A stretch of DNA of 63,794 nt, counting the filler, from Moniliella sp. 'wahieum' (taxonomy: Eukaryota), in NCBI GenBank assembly GCA_003971905.1. It is 3 parts of 3 records of this genome, joined end to end, with 100 filler letters (N's around TTAATTAATTAA, not from the genome) between each part and the next. Parts side by side here need not be neighbours in the genome. Positions count along the whole stretch, not along the records: positions 22,268 to 52,475 come from RSEE01000177.1; positions 52,576 to 63,794 come from RSEE01000212.1; 1 more part is not named here. One strand, written 5' to 3'. Under the pieces are notes generated by a model. The model did no database searches and was not told the DNA's origin. It saw nothing but the letters and a program-made list of their open reading frames with translations. Positions 51,138-63,465 of the stretch are shown here, piece by piece (the first letter of the stretch is position 1; every line of letters begins with the position of its first letter). The position numbers and the translations under genes are program-made.

Positions 51138-52984
51138 TCAGCGGCCAGCTACTTTGCGACGAAAGAGTGAGCCAAGCAGACCCATTTTCATTTGTGCGGC
51201 GGGCGGCGGCTCGTCCCGTCCCGGCATCCGACCCGCTACAAGCTCCCCTGGTGCGAGGGGAGACGCAGAGGGTGGGTCCGAGGTCAGCACCGGGGCGGGA
51301 GAGGAGAAAAGTTGCATGGGCAGGTACGTGGGTCGATCTGGATCCCGATCTGGATCCCGAGCCCGACCCCGACCCCGACCCCGAGCCCGAGCGGTGGAGC
51401 GGGCGTACGGAGCGCATCCGTTCGACGAGGCAAACGAACGAAGAGTGCGTGGGGGCTTGCCGTCCCTTGCGGTTGCGATTGGGAAGCATACGGGACGGCG
51501 TAGGTGGCTGCATCGGCGACGGAAGGGGGCTGTGCTGGCGACAGTACGTGGGTCCAACAAGCCTGCCAGGGTGGGTGCACCCGAGTGCACCGCAGTGGAA
51601 GAGGAGGAGGGACGTGGTGCGTGCACGGGTGGACGGGGCGGGATGCAACCAAGGACCTGCCACCTGGGGCGAGGCGAGAGGCGGTACTACATCGTCGTCG
51701 TCGGGTTGGTGAGAATAATAGTCTCCACGGGGCAGGGAGGGGGGGCAGACGCGCCTGATGCACCTGATGCGTTGTGCGGATAAACCGACTCAGTGGTCAG
51801 CTGGGGGCCATACGCTAGATCGCGGTAAGGGGGCCCAGACACCATGCTGCGGTCCTCGTACCCCCCCCCAGGCCAGCGGAAGAGCAAGATTCGGGGGAGG
51901 CGGGGGAGGCTGGTAAGAGCTGGGGCGGGGGCGGTGAGACGGTTGGGCCGCATGTGTTTAGGAGGGCCCGACGGTTGATCAGCGCGGTGGGTGGCGCGGG
52001 AGTACTCGGTGAGAAAGTTGCTGGCCCACAAGAGAGTTCGAGGGCGGTGAGCGGTTGTTGCTTGTGGTGGACCGAGAGCGCGTGGAGCGAAGCGCCCGAT
52101 AACAGGTCCGGCGGGGAACCCCGGGCCCAGGGCGAAAGAGGGGGCAGTGTGCTCCGCTGGAGGCGGCGCCGTGCGTAAGGTTGTGTTGCGCTGGCATGGG
52201 TGCGCGGCACACCGGGCATCCGGATCGATTCGCCCTGCCCATTCGGTCCTTCCCACCCTGCGCCCTGGGACTGGGACGCCGAGTTGGCTCGTCGCCGGTC
52301 CGGTCGCATCGCAAACAACCTCGGGGTCCACCCATTCGCGCGAAGAAAGAAAGGGTCGTCGCCATCCAACTCTGAGGTGTCCATGCTCACTGGCAGTCCG
52401 GAAGGGGTGGGGGTAGGGTGGGAAGGTGAAAAGCCGACGATGGAAGGGTCAGCGTAACTCGGCTCTCTCCGTGAANNNNNNNNNNNNNNNNNNNNNNNNN
52501 NNNNNNNNNNNNNNNNNNNTTAATTAATTAANNNNNNNNNNNNNNNNNNNNNNNNNNNNNNNNNNNNNNNNNNNNGCGAGGAGGTGGAACACAGTACTCT
52601 CTCTCCCTCCGGTGTCTTATTTCGTTCTCTCCTCCTGCAAGGTCGGGAACGTCCCTCTCGGGCGACCATGGTGCAACGGGCCGAGTCGGACGAGGGGGAT
52701 GGGAGGCGGAGCGGTGAGCCTTCGAAGAGGGTCGGAGATGTGGGAGGCGACAGGCCGAGTGGACGGGGGGCAGGTACCCCCTGCTAAGTGGATGAGCCGG
52801 CTTGGAGGTGGGGTGCAGGGTAGTGGAGGACCGAACAAGAAGTGGCTGAAGATGTGCTGGGCCGTCGTGTGTCAGCCAGAGGCGAAGAAGGGCGTGCTTG
52901 GTAGTCCGGCCAGGAGGCACACTACTCTTGGTGAGCGGCGGTTTGGTGTGGCCCGATGTGCTCACCCCACAGGACTGATGCCAT
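51138..52984 (-). CDS. Orphan S/P-rich protein, possibly spanning the second gap
   Basis: ATG 52984 followed by an intron-like GTGAGC..CTCAC..TAG. Minus-strand ORF pieces on both sides of the N spacer. Confidence 0.3.
52476..52575. other. Assembly spacer (N44-TTAATTAATTAA-N44)
   Basis: Same layout as the first spacer. Confidence 0.97.
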
Positions 52985-54702
52985 TGCTCTTCCAGCTTCC
53001 AGCTTCTAGTTAAACGTTAAACGTTAACGTTAAAGCTTAAAGCTCCAAGCTGTGTGTGGCATGTGAGCGGTCGGCGGGTGGCTTCTTCGATTATCGATCA
53101 TCGATCATTGGTTTTTGACCGACGCGGGAACGAGAAGATAGGATTCTGCGCCCTTTTGTGCCTGCAGATTGAATAGTGCACTTTCCAGTTTAGGCAGGAC
53201 CCCCTGTTAGTGATATGTGACACATGTGAACGTTGAATGTTGTTGATATTCGAGTCCAATCAACAATCCACCACCGTGTGCCCTATAGGTTCGGATGAAG
53301 ATTGGTGCTCCGTATCACGCGGCGGGACTTCAGCCAAAAACCATCGCACCCTGAACTCTGAACCGTATATATATACGGGCTTGCCAACCACCGGTTCGCC
53401 CGATCTCCGCCCGATCTCCAACGTTTCGGCGGCCGAGGATGAGACCAAGAAGGGTTTGAGAACATTCCGGCTCTACACTTCGATGGGGTATAGAGATTCA
53501 TACAACAAGGACGGAAGACATTTGTCAGTCTAGAGGGGAGATGGGAATCGACGCAGCAACTCTTGAGATACTTAGAAGACAATAGTCTGTTGAATGGGGA
53601 CAAAAGGCGAGCAGGCAGTTGCGAATGGCTACAGCTTTGTATGCTTGGAGAAAACGCACTTAGCTCCAATCCGGAGTGGTCGTGATTGAAGGGCGGTGTG
53701 CGTGTTGCCCTACTATCTCTCGCTCTATTCCTCCCCTTTCGTTCGCCTTTCTTCGTCGGAGTACGTCGTCGAGACAAACTCACATATATACGTCGTGGCA
53801 CAGTCTGAGGGGGCACTGAGATCGGATCACATTCAACCGTCCGCATCTTTGGTTCAACAGTTGCATAGCCGTCTTGGGGTTTAGATCGTAGAAGCATCGG
53901 GCGAACCTATTCAACGTTATCGATTTATTGATTGTCCAGCACGCCGATCGGCCGTCGGCCCAGCCACCCTCATTTGGACCACACACCCTTGCCCCAGCCC
54001 CAGTGCGTCCCAATGCGGCTCCAGTACCTCGGTAGTACCTCGGCAAGTATCTCGCACTACCACCCTCGCCGCACGAACAAGCCGACCGCCGTACCTGTTC
54101 GCAAACCAGACGGAGAGCAGTGGCTAGGGGGGTGGAGGCAGGCGGCCGCCTGCTTCAGCGTGAGGGCTCAGGCCTGGGGCCTGACGCGTGACGCATGATG
54201 GAGGATGGATATCACTAGATCAAAAACTATTACACTCGTCTGCTGCACGGTCTAAGATCTAAGGCGTAGTCACTGGGCCGAGCAGCCCTTGTGCCCACAC
54301 TGCCGCCGCCGCCACCACACTCGCCCCCTGCCTGCGATCGGCTGGGCGGGCGATCGACACTGCCCCGGACCGAGATGCCGCGTGGTGTTGCCAGGTTCGC
54401 CCCATCGGTGATGTGTGACCTGCACGGCGTGGCTGTCGATCTGCGATGCACCTGAGCGCTGAGCCTTGCTTCCCCGCACTGCGCCTGTTTTGCTTGGGGG
54501 CCCGCTGCGCACACTGGGCCTATGCGGGCGGGCTTGTGGTTGGCCATCCACCATCCGCGGCTGCTATCAGCAACGAGAGGAACGAACCAGCCGCTCGGAC
54601 CTCCTTCTGGCATGCCCGGGCCACATATAAAGGCGGTGCCATCCCTCCAGCCCCCTTCTGCTCACCTACCCTCCCCTCCTCCCGGTACACTTCTGGTACA
54701 CG

Positions 54703-56203
54703 ATGCACGTCACGGGAACCTCGCTTCTGGTCGGCCTGGCTGCAGCTAGCAGTGCGTCTGCCCGCGCTATCCTCTACCGTCCCGAAGCCCGCAGCCCTGC
54801 GCCCACCACAGCCATGCTGGACAAGCGGGCGAGCAAGTCGTCGTCCGTATCCGTCGTGACCACCATGCCCCTCACCACTACCGAGGCCGCCAGCAAGGCA
54901 GGCATCTGGTCCGTTGCCAGCCCCGCCCCGTTCGCCTATGGAACCGCCAGTCCTACTTACTGGGGCGTCAAGGGCCGTGGCAAGAACGGCCCAACCAACC
55001 CCGACCAACCGGCACTCAACACGGCCATCAACCAGACTTCCGATTCCCGCTTGGCTAGCGTCAACTCGATTGATGATTGGTGCACTTTTGGCCCTTCCCC
55101 CCTCAACAATACTGACACCCTCGGCGATCTGGAACAGACCACCGTCGCCTACTGCACCAAACCCCCGTAACAATGCTCGTGTCATCGTACGTTTCAGCTC
55201 TCTCTTTCCTTCTCTTGCGGTATCTCCTGGTGCATCAGGGTGGTGGATATGTGATCCACACGGACCGCGATGGTGTGGTCACGCCCCCGACTAACTAGCC
55301 CTTCCTCTTTTTTCTTTGTGTCATGTTTTCTTTTTGGTAGCCCGACGGTACTGTGACGGCGGTCCAGTTCGTAAAAACGCCGCTCTATGTGCAGCTCTAC
55401 GCGCTCGGAGACTTTACCAACATCAACGTCGCGCCGGGCGACTCGGGCGGAGAGCTGGACCCGCACGGTGCGACCAACATGGGCAACCCCGTCGGTGGCA
55501 ACGTTACTTCCAACATCCAAGATGGCAAGACGGATGTGTTTTACGAAGAGTGGATGAACTACATTTCAGCTTCGGAAGTGTGTTTCCGAGTGTGCATTGC
55601 CGGTTCGGACGAGGCTACACCAGCAACCGAATGTCAACATACCCTCGACGAAATGGGTTGCCAATTCGTCATGGCTCAAAACCCCGTCAACGAAGGCACG
55701 TTTGAATCGTGCGAGGCGGACGCTGCTTACCCCCCGGGCATTTACCCGCAACCCGACGGTTCCACCTCCACCTTCCAACAGTACTTCTCGGGAATCTACA
55801 CCGTCGGTGCTACCGCCTACTCGTTCCAGAACGCACAGAAAGATCAGGTCACCCCCTCGGGCGCTTACTCTTACCCCACCCCCAGCTCTTGCAAGGCCGT
55901 GTCAACGCTCAGTAACGGATTGCTCGGAATCGGGTACAAGGAACCCCATAACGCCATCAGTGCTTCCCATCCCACCACCCTGGTTCCAGCTCCCCCTCGG
56001 CCCCTACCGCTGCTAGCCCTTCCGACTCACCGGCAGCCACCAACGTGCCCGTCCCGGGCTCGGCCGCCGCCCACGCCGCCTCGGTCAGTGGAAGCTCCAT
56101 CCTCGCCTCGTCCCCGTCCAAACCGTCCAGCGCGATCAAGACCGCCGTCGCGGCGGCCGCCGCGTGGGTCGCTGCTTTGGCCACGGGCTTGACGCTGCTG
56201 TAA
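54703..56203 (+). CDS. Secreted, probably GPI-anchored mannoprotein, Cryptococcus MP88-like
   Basis: Signal peptide. INQTSDSRLASVNSIDDWC, YCTKP.NNARVI|PDGTVTAVQFVKTP, GGELDPHG..GNPVGGNV, YEEWMNYI. S/T-rich tail and hydrophobic C-terminus. Intron 55187-55340. TATAAA at ~54626. Confidence 0.85.
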
Positions 56204-56712
56204 AAGAGGGGGCAGCAAGCACACCGCAACACTGGCAGGACCTGTATCTGTACCATTGGCGTGCCTGTCAGTACCTTGCCCCCCTCCCCGGTCGTGTGGA
56301 GGTCTCGTCCTCCCTTGTTTCCTTTTAATTCCGTCATGTACCTTTACTTAACCCTTGTATACACCTCCCCCCCCTCCCCCCCCCGTGGAGAGTGCAGTGC
56401 TCCTGGTTCTTTCGCATGTCGATGTCATCTTCTCTCGCCACTGCTCCCCCTCACTGCACATCCCGGACGGTCCCCCCTCTTCCCCCAGCATGTGGAATCG
56501 AATGACTAGTGACTAGTGATCCTTAATCTATCTATAACCGGATAATAAAACATCTTAATTGAACCTTATTTTACAGTTCTGGCAGAATGCAGATTGTGCC
56601 ACAAAGATATAGTGAGACGGCACGTATGGAGATTTAGTGAGACGGTACGTATGGATGTACTGAGTATACATACCTCATCCATCTTTCAGCTGCATATTGC
56701 ATGAACTTCATG

Positions 56713-56755
56713 AGCTTCAAGCTTCAAGCTTCAAGCTTCAAGCTTCAAGCTTCAA
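56713..56755. repeat. (AGCTTCA)6 heptamer microsatellite
   Basis: Directly visible. Confidence 0.9.
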
Positions 56756-57387
56756 CACACGTTTTTGCGTTCCGCTTTCTCAAGCTCGGACCAGGCCCCT
56801 TGCCCCCCCACTTTACCCAGACCGAGATGAGTGGCGACCCAGCAAAGTGATAGACAGAGGGGTGCCAGGGTTCAACGTTCACCGTCACAGTAGTAGTTCA
56901 CACTCCGCCACCCTCTCATCTACCTCATCTTAGTACCTCTTTCACTCTGCATCTCACGATCCTTCGACCCTTCTCAACACATGTACCCATGTACCCATAT
57001 GTACCCCCAAGCCCTATCATATCACCTCACTAGGTACTACCATAGGCAGCACTAACCGATGACCATCCGGCCATCCGTTTGCTAGCAGTACTACTACTAC
57101 TCGCAGTCGCGACTCGAACAGGTTGCTAAGAACTACTAGTATCGACATGAGGATCACCATTGCATCAGCACGACTCAAGAACCCGTTACCCCTTTACCCC
57201 GTACCCCGGTACCCCCATTGCGCATCCAGCACCACCCTAGACCTACACCAAAACCGTCCTAAGCCAACCCCACTGGGCAAGCACAGCCAAACCCAGCGAA
57301 GCCAAGATCTGGATCAGAGGTAGCGACCTGTTGGGACCCTGGCGAGGGGATCTCAACGCCAAGGGGCAAGCACGCGAGGAAGGGGTC

Positions 57388-57449
57388 GTAGGTTGTAGGT
57401 TGTAGGTTGTAGGTTGTAGGTGTAGGTTGTAGGTTGTAGTCGTAGGTTG
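57388..57449. repeat. (GTAGGTT)~8 heptamer microsatellite
   Basis: Directly visible, downstream of the chitin synthase. Confidence 0.9.
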
Positions 57450-57974
57450 GACTGGGGCAGGAGGACCGACAGGCGGACAGAGAGAGAGGAATAGAGAGGA
57501 ATAGAGGAGGAGAGGGCGGAGATAGAGGAGATAGAGAAGAAGAGGGGGGGGATAGAGAAGGTTGTTACAGACACGAAAAAGAAAAGAAAAAAGCACAAAA
57601 CAGCATTGTACCACTGTACCACCGCCACTGTATGGCCGTCACTGTACGGCCGCTGCAGCCAGGGCGGCAGGACCTGAAGAGATGCTAGGCATGCAAGAGA
57701 GCGGGCGGGGGAGGAGCAGGAACCGAGAAAAACGAGACAAAAAGAGAAAGAGACAAGAGAAGAAGAGAGAGAGATCGGGAGGAACGCAAGAGACGAGGCG
57801 GGACGAGGTGGGGTGGTGTTTGCAGGTGGAGCAGGTGCCAGTAAGGTAAAGTTCGGTACGTGGAATGGGATGGTGGGAAGGGTGTACGTTTAGTAACTTG
57901 GTGGCGGCTGCTGCTGCTGATGGTGTTGCGGGTAAGCCGGCACATGGCCGTGCATTTGCAATTGGGAAGAGCGC

Positions 57975-58119
57975 TTAGACCCGCTGAACAGGCCGCATCC
58001 CTCGGACGACGGAACAGGTCCTTCGTCCACCACGAGACCCCTCGTCGCACACCCCACCCACATCTTCCCCACCGTACCCTTGCCTCTGCCCTTGCCCTTG
58101 CCCTTGTTGCCCTTGCCCC

Positions 58120-58154
<35 letters not shown>

Positions 58155-61100
58155 TTGCTGGTAAGCAAACTGGCGTTGAGCCTGGATCATCGCAGGACTC
58201 CGCTCAGCAAACGGGTTGACGTGCCCCGCACCCCACTCCCCGCCGCACTCCCCGCCGCACTCCCCCCGCCGGAACCGGACCTGGACCAGTAGTAGCAGCC
58301 ACGGGGGGGAGCACACCCAACCCAACCCCAACCCCAACCCACCCCCGCTGAGCCACTCCAACTTAACGGTGACGGGTCCCTAGGTGGTCGGGGCACCGTG
58401 ATTGATCCACCCACACCCGTACCCACTCCGCTTCCGGGTACGAAACCTAACCCACCCCCAGCTCCAGGGCCCCACGGGCGGTGCGCCACATCGGGCGCCA
58501 AGGTGCAGGTAACTCCAATAGGGGTACCGTGTCTAGGCGGTAGCGCGCGCTAGTGGACTTGTTGCCGAACCCACCGCCCACACCTCCGATGCCGCTTGTG
58601 TCGTCCCCAAAGGGTGAGGGCGTGGTGAAGCCACCTGGTGTACCAGCCCCGTTCCCCGTCCCTGGAACGGTAGTAGCGTTCCCCCGGCAGAAGATAAGTA
58701 CGTATCGTTCGAGGCGATACTGTAGCGTCTCGAATCGCGTGTTTCCGCATCGGCCGATTCCGAGCGCTGGATCACGTCGTAGGTGCTAGCGCGACTTTCG
58801 ATGCCGAGGCGGTGACGGCGGTCGCGTTCAAAGTCCGCCCACCGTTTCATGAGAATGTAACTAGGATCGAATGTGTTTTCGGTGAGGTGTCGTCTGTTTG
58901 ACCGTGACCTTCTTTCCCCTTGACTTCGCCTTGGACTACGCGCGTGGCGCCCCAGGAGAAGTCGTCAAAGTGCCAGAATGCGTACGTGGGCAGAATCAGG
59001 TTCCACATCGGTAAGGATAAGAGGTAGATTAACATCCACCCGACGTAGGACCATTTGCGCGACGTGAACGATCAGCACGCCAGGCAGACCGAGGATGACA
59101 GCAAGGAGAACCAGAGGGATGGTAGGGATAGGATCGTGCGTAAAGGCGTGCACCACCGCAATCACCGCCACGTAAATGTAAATGCCAAGGCGGCGGGTAA
59201 GACGAGTGTGCCAACTAGTTCCATTGCGATCATGAATCGCATACTGAGACAGAATACCCCACACAACTCGTTGACCATCACCAACTCAAAGAGGTTGTGT
59301 ACCGTCGAGTTGATCCACCGCCGGCGCTGCGATAACAGTACCTTGAACGTATCTGCACGATCGTCTTGCACACTGCTTGGGCACAAACATCATCTTGCGC
59401 TTGGGGAACGTCTTGAGCATCAGCGTCGTCAGGTACCGATCTTCCCCGAGCAACAAGAGGTTTTCTTGTGCAGCGTATCCACCACATTCTCCGAGTAGTG
59501 TTCCACAATGTCTGGGTTGGCCAAGATCGGCACCCAGTACCCGTTCGGCCCTTTGGGCGCCTTGATCCGGTACGCACTAAAGCACCCGGGCAGACAGGTC
59601 ACACCTCCAAAACACGCCTCGCACGCTTTTTGCGAGTGGTGCGAAATGTAGTACTCAAACACTGGAAAATATAGGCAAAGTAAAAAGAAGAAAAAGAAAA
59701 AACAGAGCAGACAAGGAGGTTAGCAGCAAGAACGGAACGGAGCAAATGAGCAAGAACGGGGGAAAGGTGCAAGGTGCAAGGGAGGAAGAAGGAGAAATGA
59801 AGACGAACCTTGAATCAGTGACCCAGGACTCGGACTTATTGGCAATCTTGGTCTCGCCACACAAGCCCATAATTTCCGGGTCCTCGACCATGCAGGAAAC
59901 CATCCTAGAGAGCGAGTCGGGAACACCTTGGATCCGCATCGACCATGAGAATGATTTCAAACGTGTCGGGTGGCACGCCGGTCACGCGCCAAATCGCATT
60001 GAAAAACTCATACTCCAACGTGGTCATCCGTTCATCAACATGACCTTTTGCAAGAATGCCATGAGCAGGACTTGCTATCGCGTTTGCCTCGGTTACCTGG
60101 TTTGGCCGAGTCGGCTTCCAAGGCGAACCACATTTGGCACTAGAATCATAGGCACACGTTGTTGCTTGCTCCGCTCCCCGTCGCATTGTCGTAATCGTAA
60201 AACCCAGCGTAAATCTTGGCCATGTTGTGCCGTTTGTACCCATCTGCAATCGCCACGTACGAATGTCCCTCAACATCTTCCGCGGGCATAATCAAATCTT
60301 TCATCATGCTCAGACAAATGTCTGGCGTCGACAAGTCCGACCCGTCGCCCTTGACAATCCCATCGGCAATAACGAGAATCATTTTGTGACTGTTGGGATA
60401 GTCGGTCGTAGCCAGCGAGTCGAGCGTCGTGCGCAACCCTTCAAACGACTCGGATACGCCGTGACAAGACAAATCGAATGCGCAAGCGGGAACCCAAACG
60501 GCATAAAGTCCGCCGCAGGTTGCGGTACCACATTCACCAACGGGAACGGACAACGCGAAGTGCCTTCCCCCGAGCCAGAGCCGACGGGTGCTGCGCTTCG
60601 GAAAAGGAAGAGTGACTGGAAGCCCAGGGGATGCCGCTGGGGGTATAGGTACCGGAACGGCTCTAGCTATTGAGCTTTTCTGATGCCAGACGCGCTTGCA
60701 CACTGGCCTTGTTGGCGTTAGCATGGCTAAAGCGCGACGAGGAAGGCAAGAAAGGTTTCTTGAGCACCGTCTTTTTCGCATTGGGTCGGTACCGCCCGGA
60801 GCGGGACGGTAAATGTCCGAAGACCACGCTTCAATCTCGTCCCGTCGTTTCTTGCGCTGCGCCTTGGTCTGGTTCTTGCCATATGTGCCCAAGCGCCAGG
60901 ACAGACACCACCCAAAGATTACTGCCATAAAGAACCGAACCAATACCACCCCCAAAATAAACACCAACGAAAGTACAGTTCCACCTCTGACGCCACACAG
61001 CCAATCGTCTTGGAGTCGATCTGGCCTACGCCGACCATCTGCTCAAGACAGTCAAATTGTTTGGTCGCATTCAACTTGAAGGCCATGGACGAGATGTCTT

Positions 61101-62780
61101 TGCCGGCCCACGACGCGTTGCGCGGATGGAGCTGGTCAAAAAACGCTGGATAGTTGAGGTTGATCTTGTCCAGGTACTGCAACCGATCCAGGTCCAGCAC
61201 CATGTTCTTCCAGGTAACCAAGTTGCGCGTGGGGTCGGTCAGATTGTTCCAAGTATAGTACACTGTGCCCTGGTTCTTGAACCCCGTCTGGGCCTTGATG
61301 GCCTTTTGGTTCTTGGACGCAAGCTTGGCGTTCAAATCGGTCCGGACCGAGGCAGGGTGACACATGCTGGTCGGACTGGTCCCAGCGTACCACACCCGCG
61401 ACGAGTTTTGGTTGAGAATGCTGCAGGAAAAGTAATTGGCCGGACCGCCAGCGGCGGATTTGTTGGCGGCACTGTTTGGCTTGAGCGTCACATACTTGCT
61501 GCATTTGCCATCCACGCGTTGGAACAGGAGCGAAATGTCGCGCCCGCCCGAGAGCCAGGGATCCGAGTAGGCCGGGTTGGTGTGGTTAAAGATGGTGTTC
61601 GCTCCAAACGGACCGACTTGGGGATGGAAAAAATCATTCATGTCAATCTCAATGCCGTGGAGGATGCTCGAGCCGACATCCACCTTGCCGGCCACATACC
61701 GGTTGCCCGGCTTGCCACACACAGTCTGCGTGAATCCAAACGTCAAGAACCCAACAAAGGCCATGCACAGCAACACGACCCCCAACAAGCCAATCTTTTC
61801 TCGCCACGCTCGCCGCTGCTCGGGCGTCTTGATGCCACACATGCTCATCAGCGACGGCGGGATGCAGCAGGTGATGGTAAACGCATAGATCATCCATGCA
61901 TCCACCGGGCCAGGGGCCAAGCTACTGGGCTTGAATTCGCCCAAGTCCCGAGGCACCTCGGATTTGTTGGCGCCGGCGCCCGCGTCGGGTTGGTGACGGC
62001 GGATGGAGACGCCGCGCTTCAACACATTGATCGCCGTTTCCAGTTGGTCCTCCTCGCGACCAAGGATGGACTTGCCGCGGCGCACGCCCGTCGCACCCGC
62101 CCCGCCTGGGCCGCGGCCCAGGCCGCCGGGAGGCACGTTGGCCGAGCGCGGGAGGCCGGCGGGAGGCGAGGCCACTGACGCCGCCACGGGACGCCGCGCG
62201 CCAAGGGCAGCACCGGATGGGAGCGCACCGTGCTGGGGCAGGTGGCCCGTGTTGGAAGGGAGGAAGCCGACGCCCGCTTGGCCGAGGCGGCGGCCTCCAT
62301 CTGGGCAGCATGGTTGCGGTAGTACCACTGGCGATGGCTCGGTCCATGCGTTCGCGGTCAGGGCGGACGAGGGAGCGTTTGCGCTTGAACTCGGGGTTGG
62401 GGCGGGCGGCACTGAAGCCGACGGCGGGTGCGTGGGCGTGGGGTGGGCGTGGGGTGGGGTCGGCGGGGCCCTGCTCGGGGTCGTAGCGGAGGCTGTCGAC
62501 GAGGTCGAGCTTGCTGCGGGGGCGGTGGGAGCGTTGGAGGGCAGCTGGGAGAGGACGGGCATGGCGGCGAGCATGGCGGAGGAGGAGGAGGCGGGCGGAG
62601 GCGGTGGGGGTGAGGGTGTGCTTGTCGGGGGAGGAGGTGTTGGGCGGGGGGAGGGCGGGGGGGGAGCGGAAGGAGACCGCGGCGGCGGCGGGGCGGGGGA
62701 CATTGGCGGGCGGTAGTGTGGGTAGTGTGGCGGCGGGGATCGGGGGCGGGCTCGGGCGGCGCGCGCGGTGGGCTGCTCAT
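57975..62780 (-). CDS. Chitin synthase, class IV (yeast Chs3-like), frameshifted in the assembly
   Basis: [95 protein letters not shown]. No myosin motor seen. Intron 59662-59808. Q-rich C-terminus. Confidence 0.95.
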
Positions 62781-63453
62781 TGTGGGAGGAGGCGGAGAAG
62801 GAGGAGGAGGTGGTGGTGGTGGTGGAGGAGGCGGAGGAGGAGAGGAGGAGGAGGAGGAGGAGGGGTGGAGGAGGCGGAGGAGGAGCAGGAGGAGCAGGAA
62901 GAGAAGAGTGGCAACGCGAGCAGAGGATTCAACGCACAACATCCATCCTCGGCTCAGCGCAGACCAACCATGCCGGCTGGGTGCGATCGGCTGGATCGAA
63001 CGAGGGGGAGGCGCCGCTGCTCGTGCCCAGCGCCTCGCCGCTCCCAACGGGCCGGTGCCTGCGCATCCCACACGCGCGCTGCCTCTGTCGACTGGGCTGC
63101 CGCCTGCGCCTGGCACGCCCTGCCCGATCGGGCAGGCGCCTGTCCCGCGCCTGCCAGCGCCAGCCCCCCCGCCCCCACACAGCCCCGCGCCACACGCACT
63201 GCCGATCGGGACGCGCAGCTGCGATCGGCAGAGCGCAGCGCACTGCCGACCCCCTGCCGCCCCCGCGCATGCCCGCCCCCCCACTCGCGCGCCCCCGCGG
63301 AGCCCGTGCTGCCCAGCTTGCGCCCGCAGCCCATGCGCACCCGCACAGCCCCCGTGCCCCCTGCATCCTGCGCGCGCTACTGCCTGCCTCAGCCTGCCCT
63401 GGCCTGAATGCCGAATGCGGCTGCAGGCACATGCACACACATGCACACCCTCC

Positions 63454-63465
63454 CATGACGTCATG
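63454..63465. promoter_or_regulatory. ATF/CREB-type site CATGACGTCATG upstream of the chitin synthase
   Basis: Perfect 12-bp palindrome containing TGACGTCA, about 680 bp upstream of the ATG. Motif match only. Confidence 0.35.

Noticed and set aside
53237..54100. Small genes in the spacers at 53237-54100, 6760-7330, 16620-17050 and 37800-38420
   Set aside because: Only short ORF fragments with no recognisable motif; not enough support to call.
3400..62780. Frameshifts in nearly every gene read as pseudogenes or programmed frameshifting
   Set aside because: They hit essential genes (MES1, RPL4, HMG1, RRS1) evenly while motifs stay intact, which is typical of indel sequencing error.
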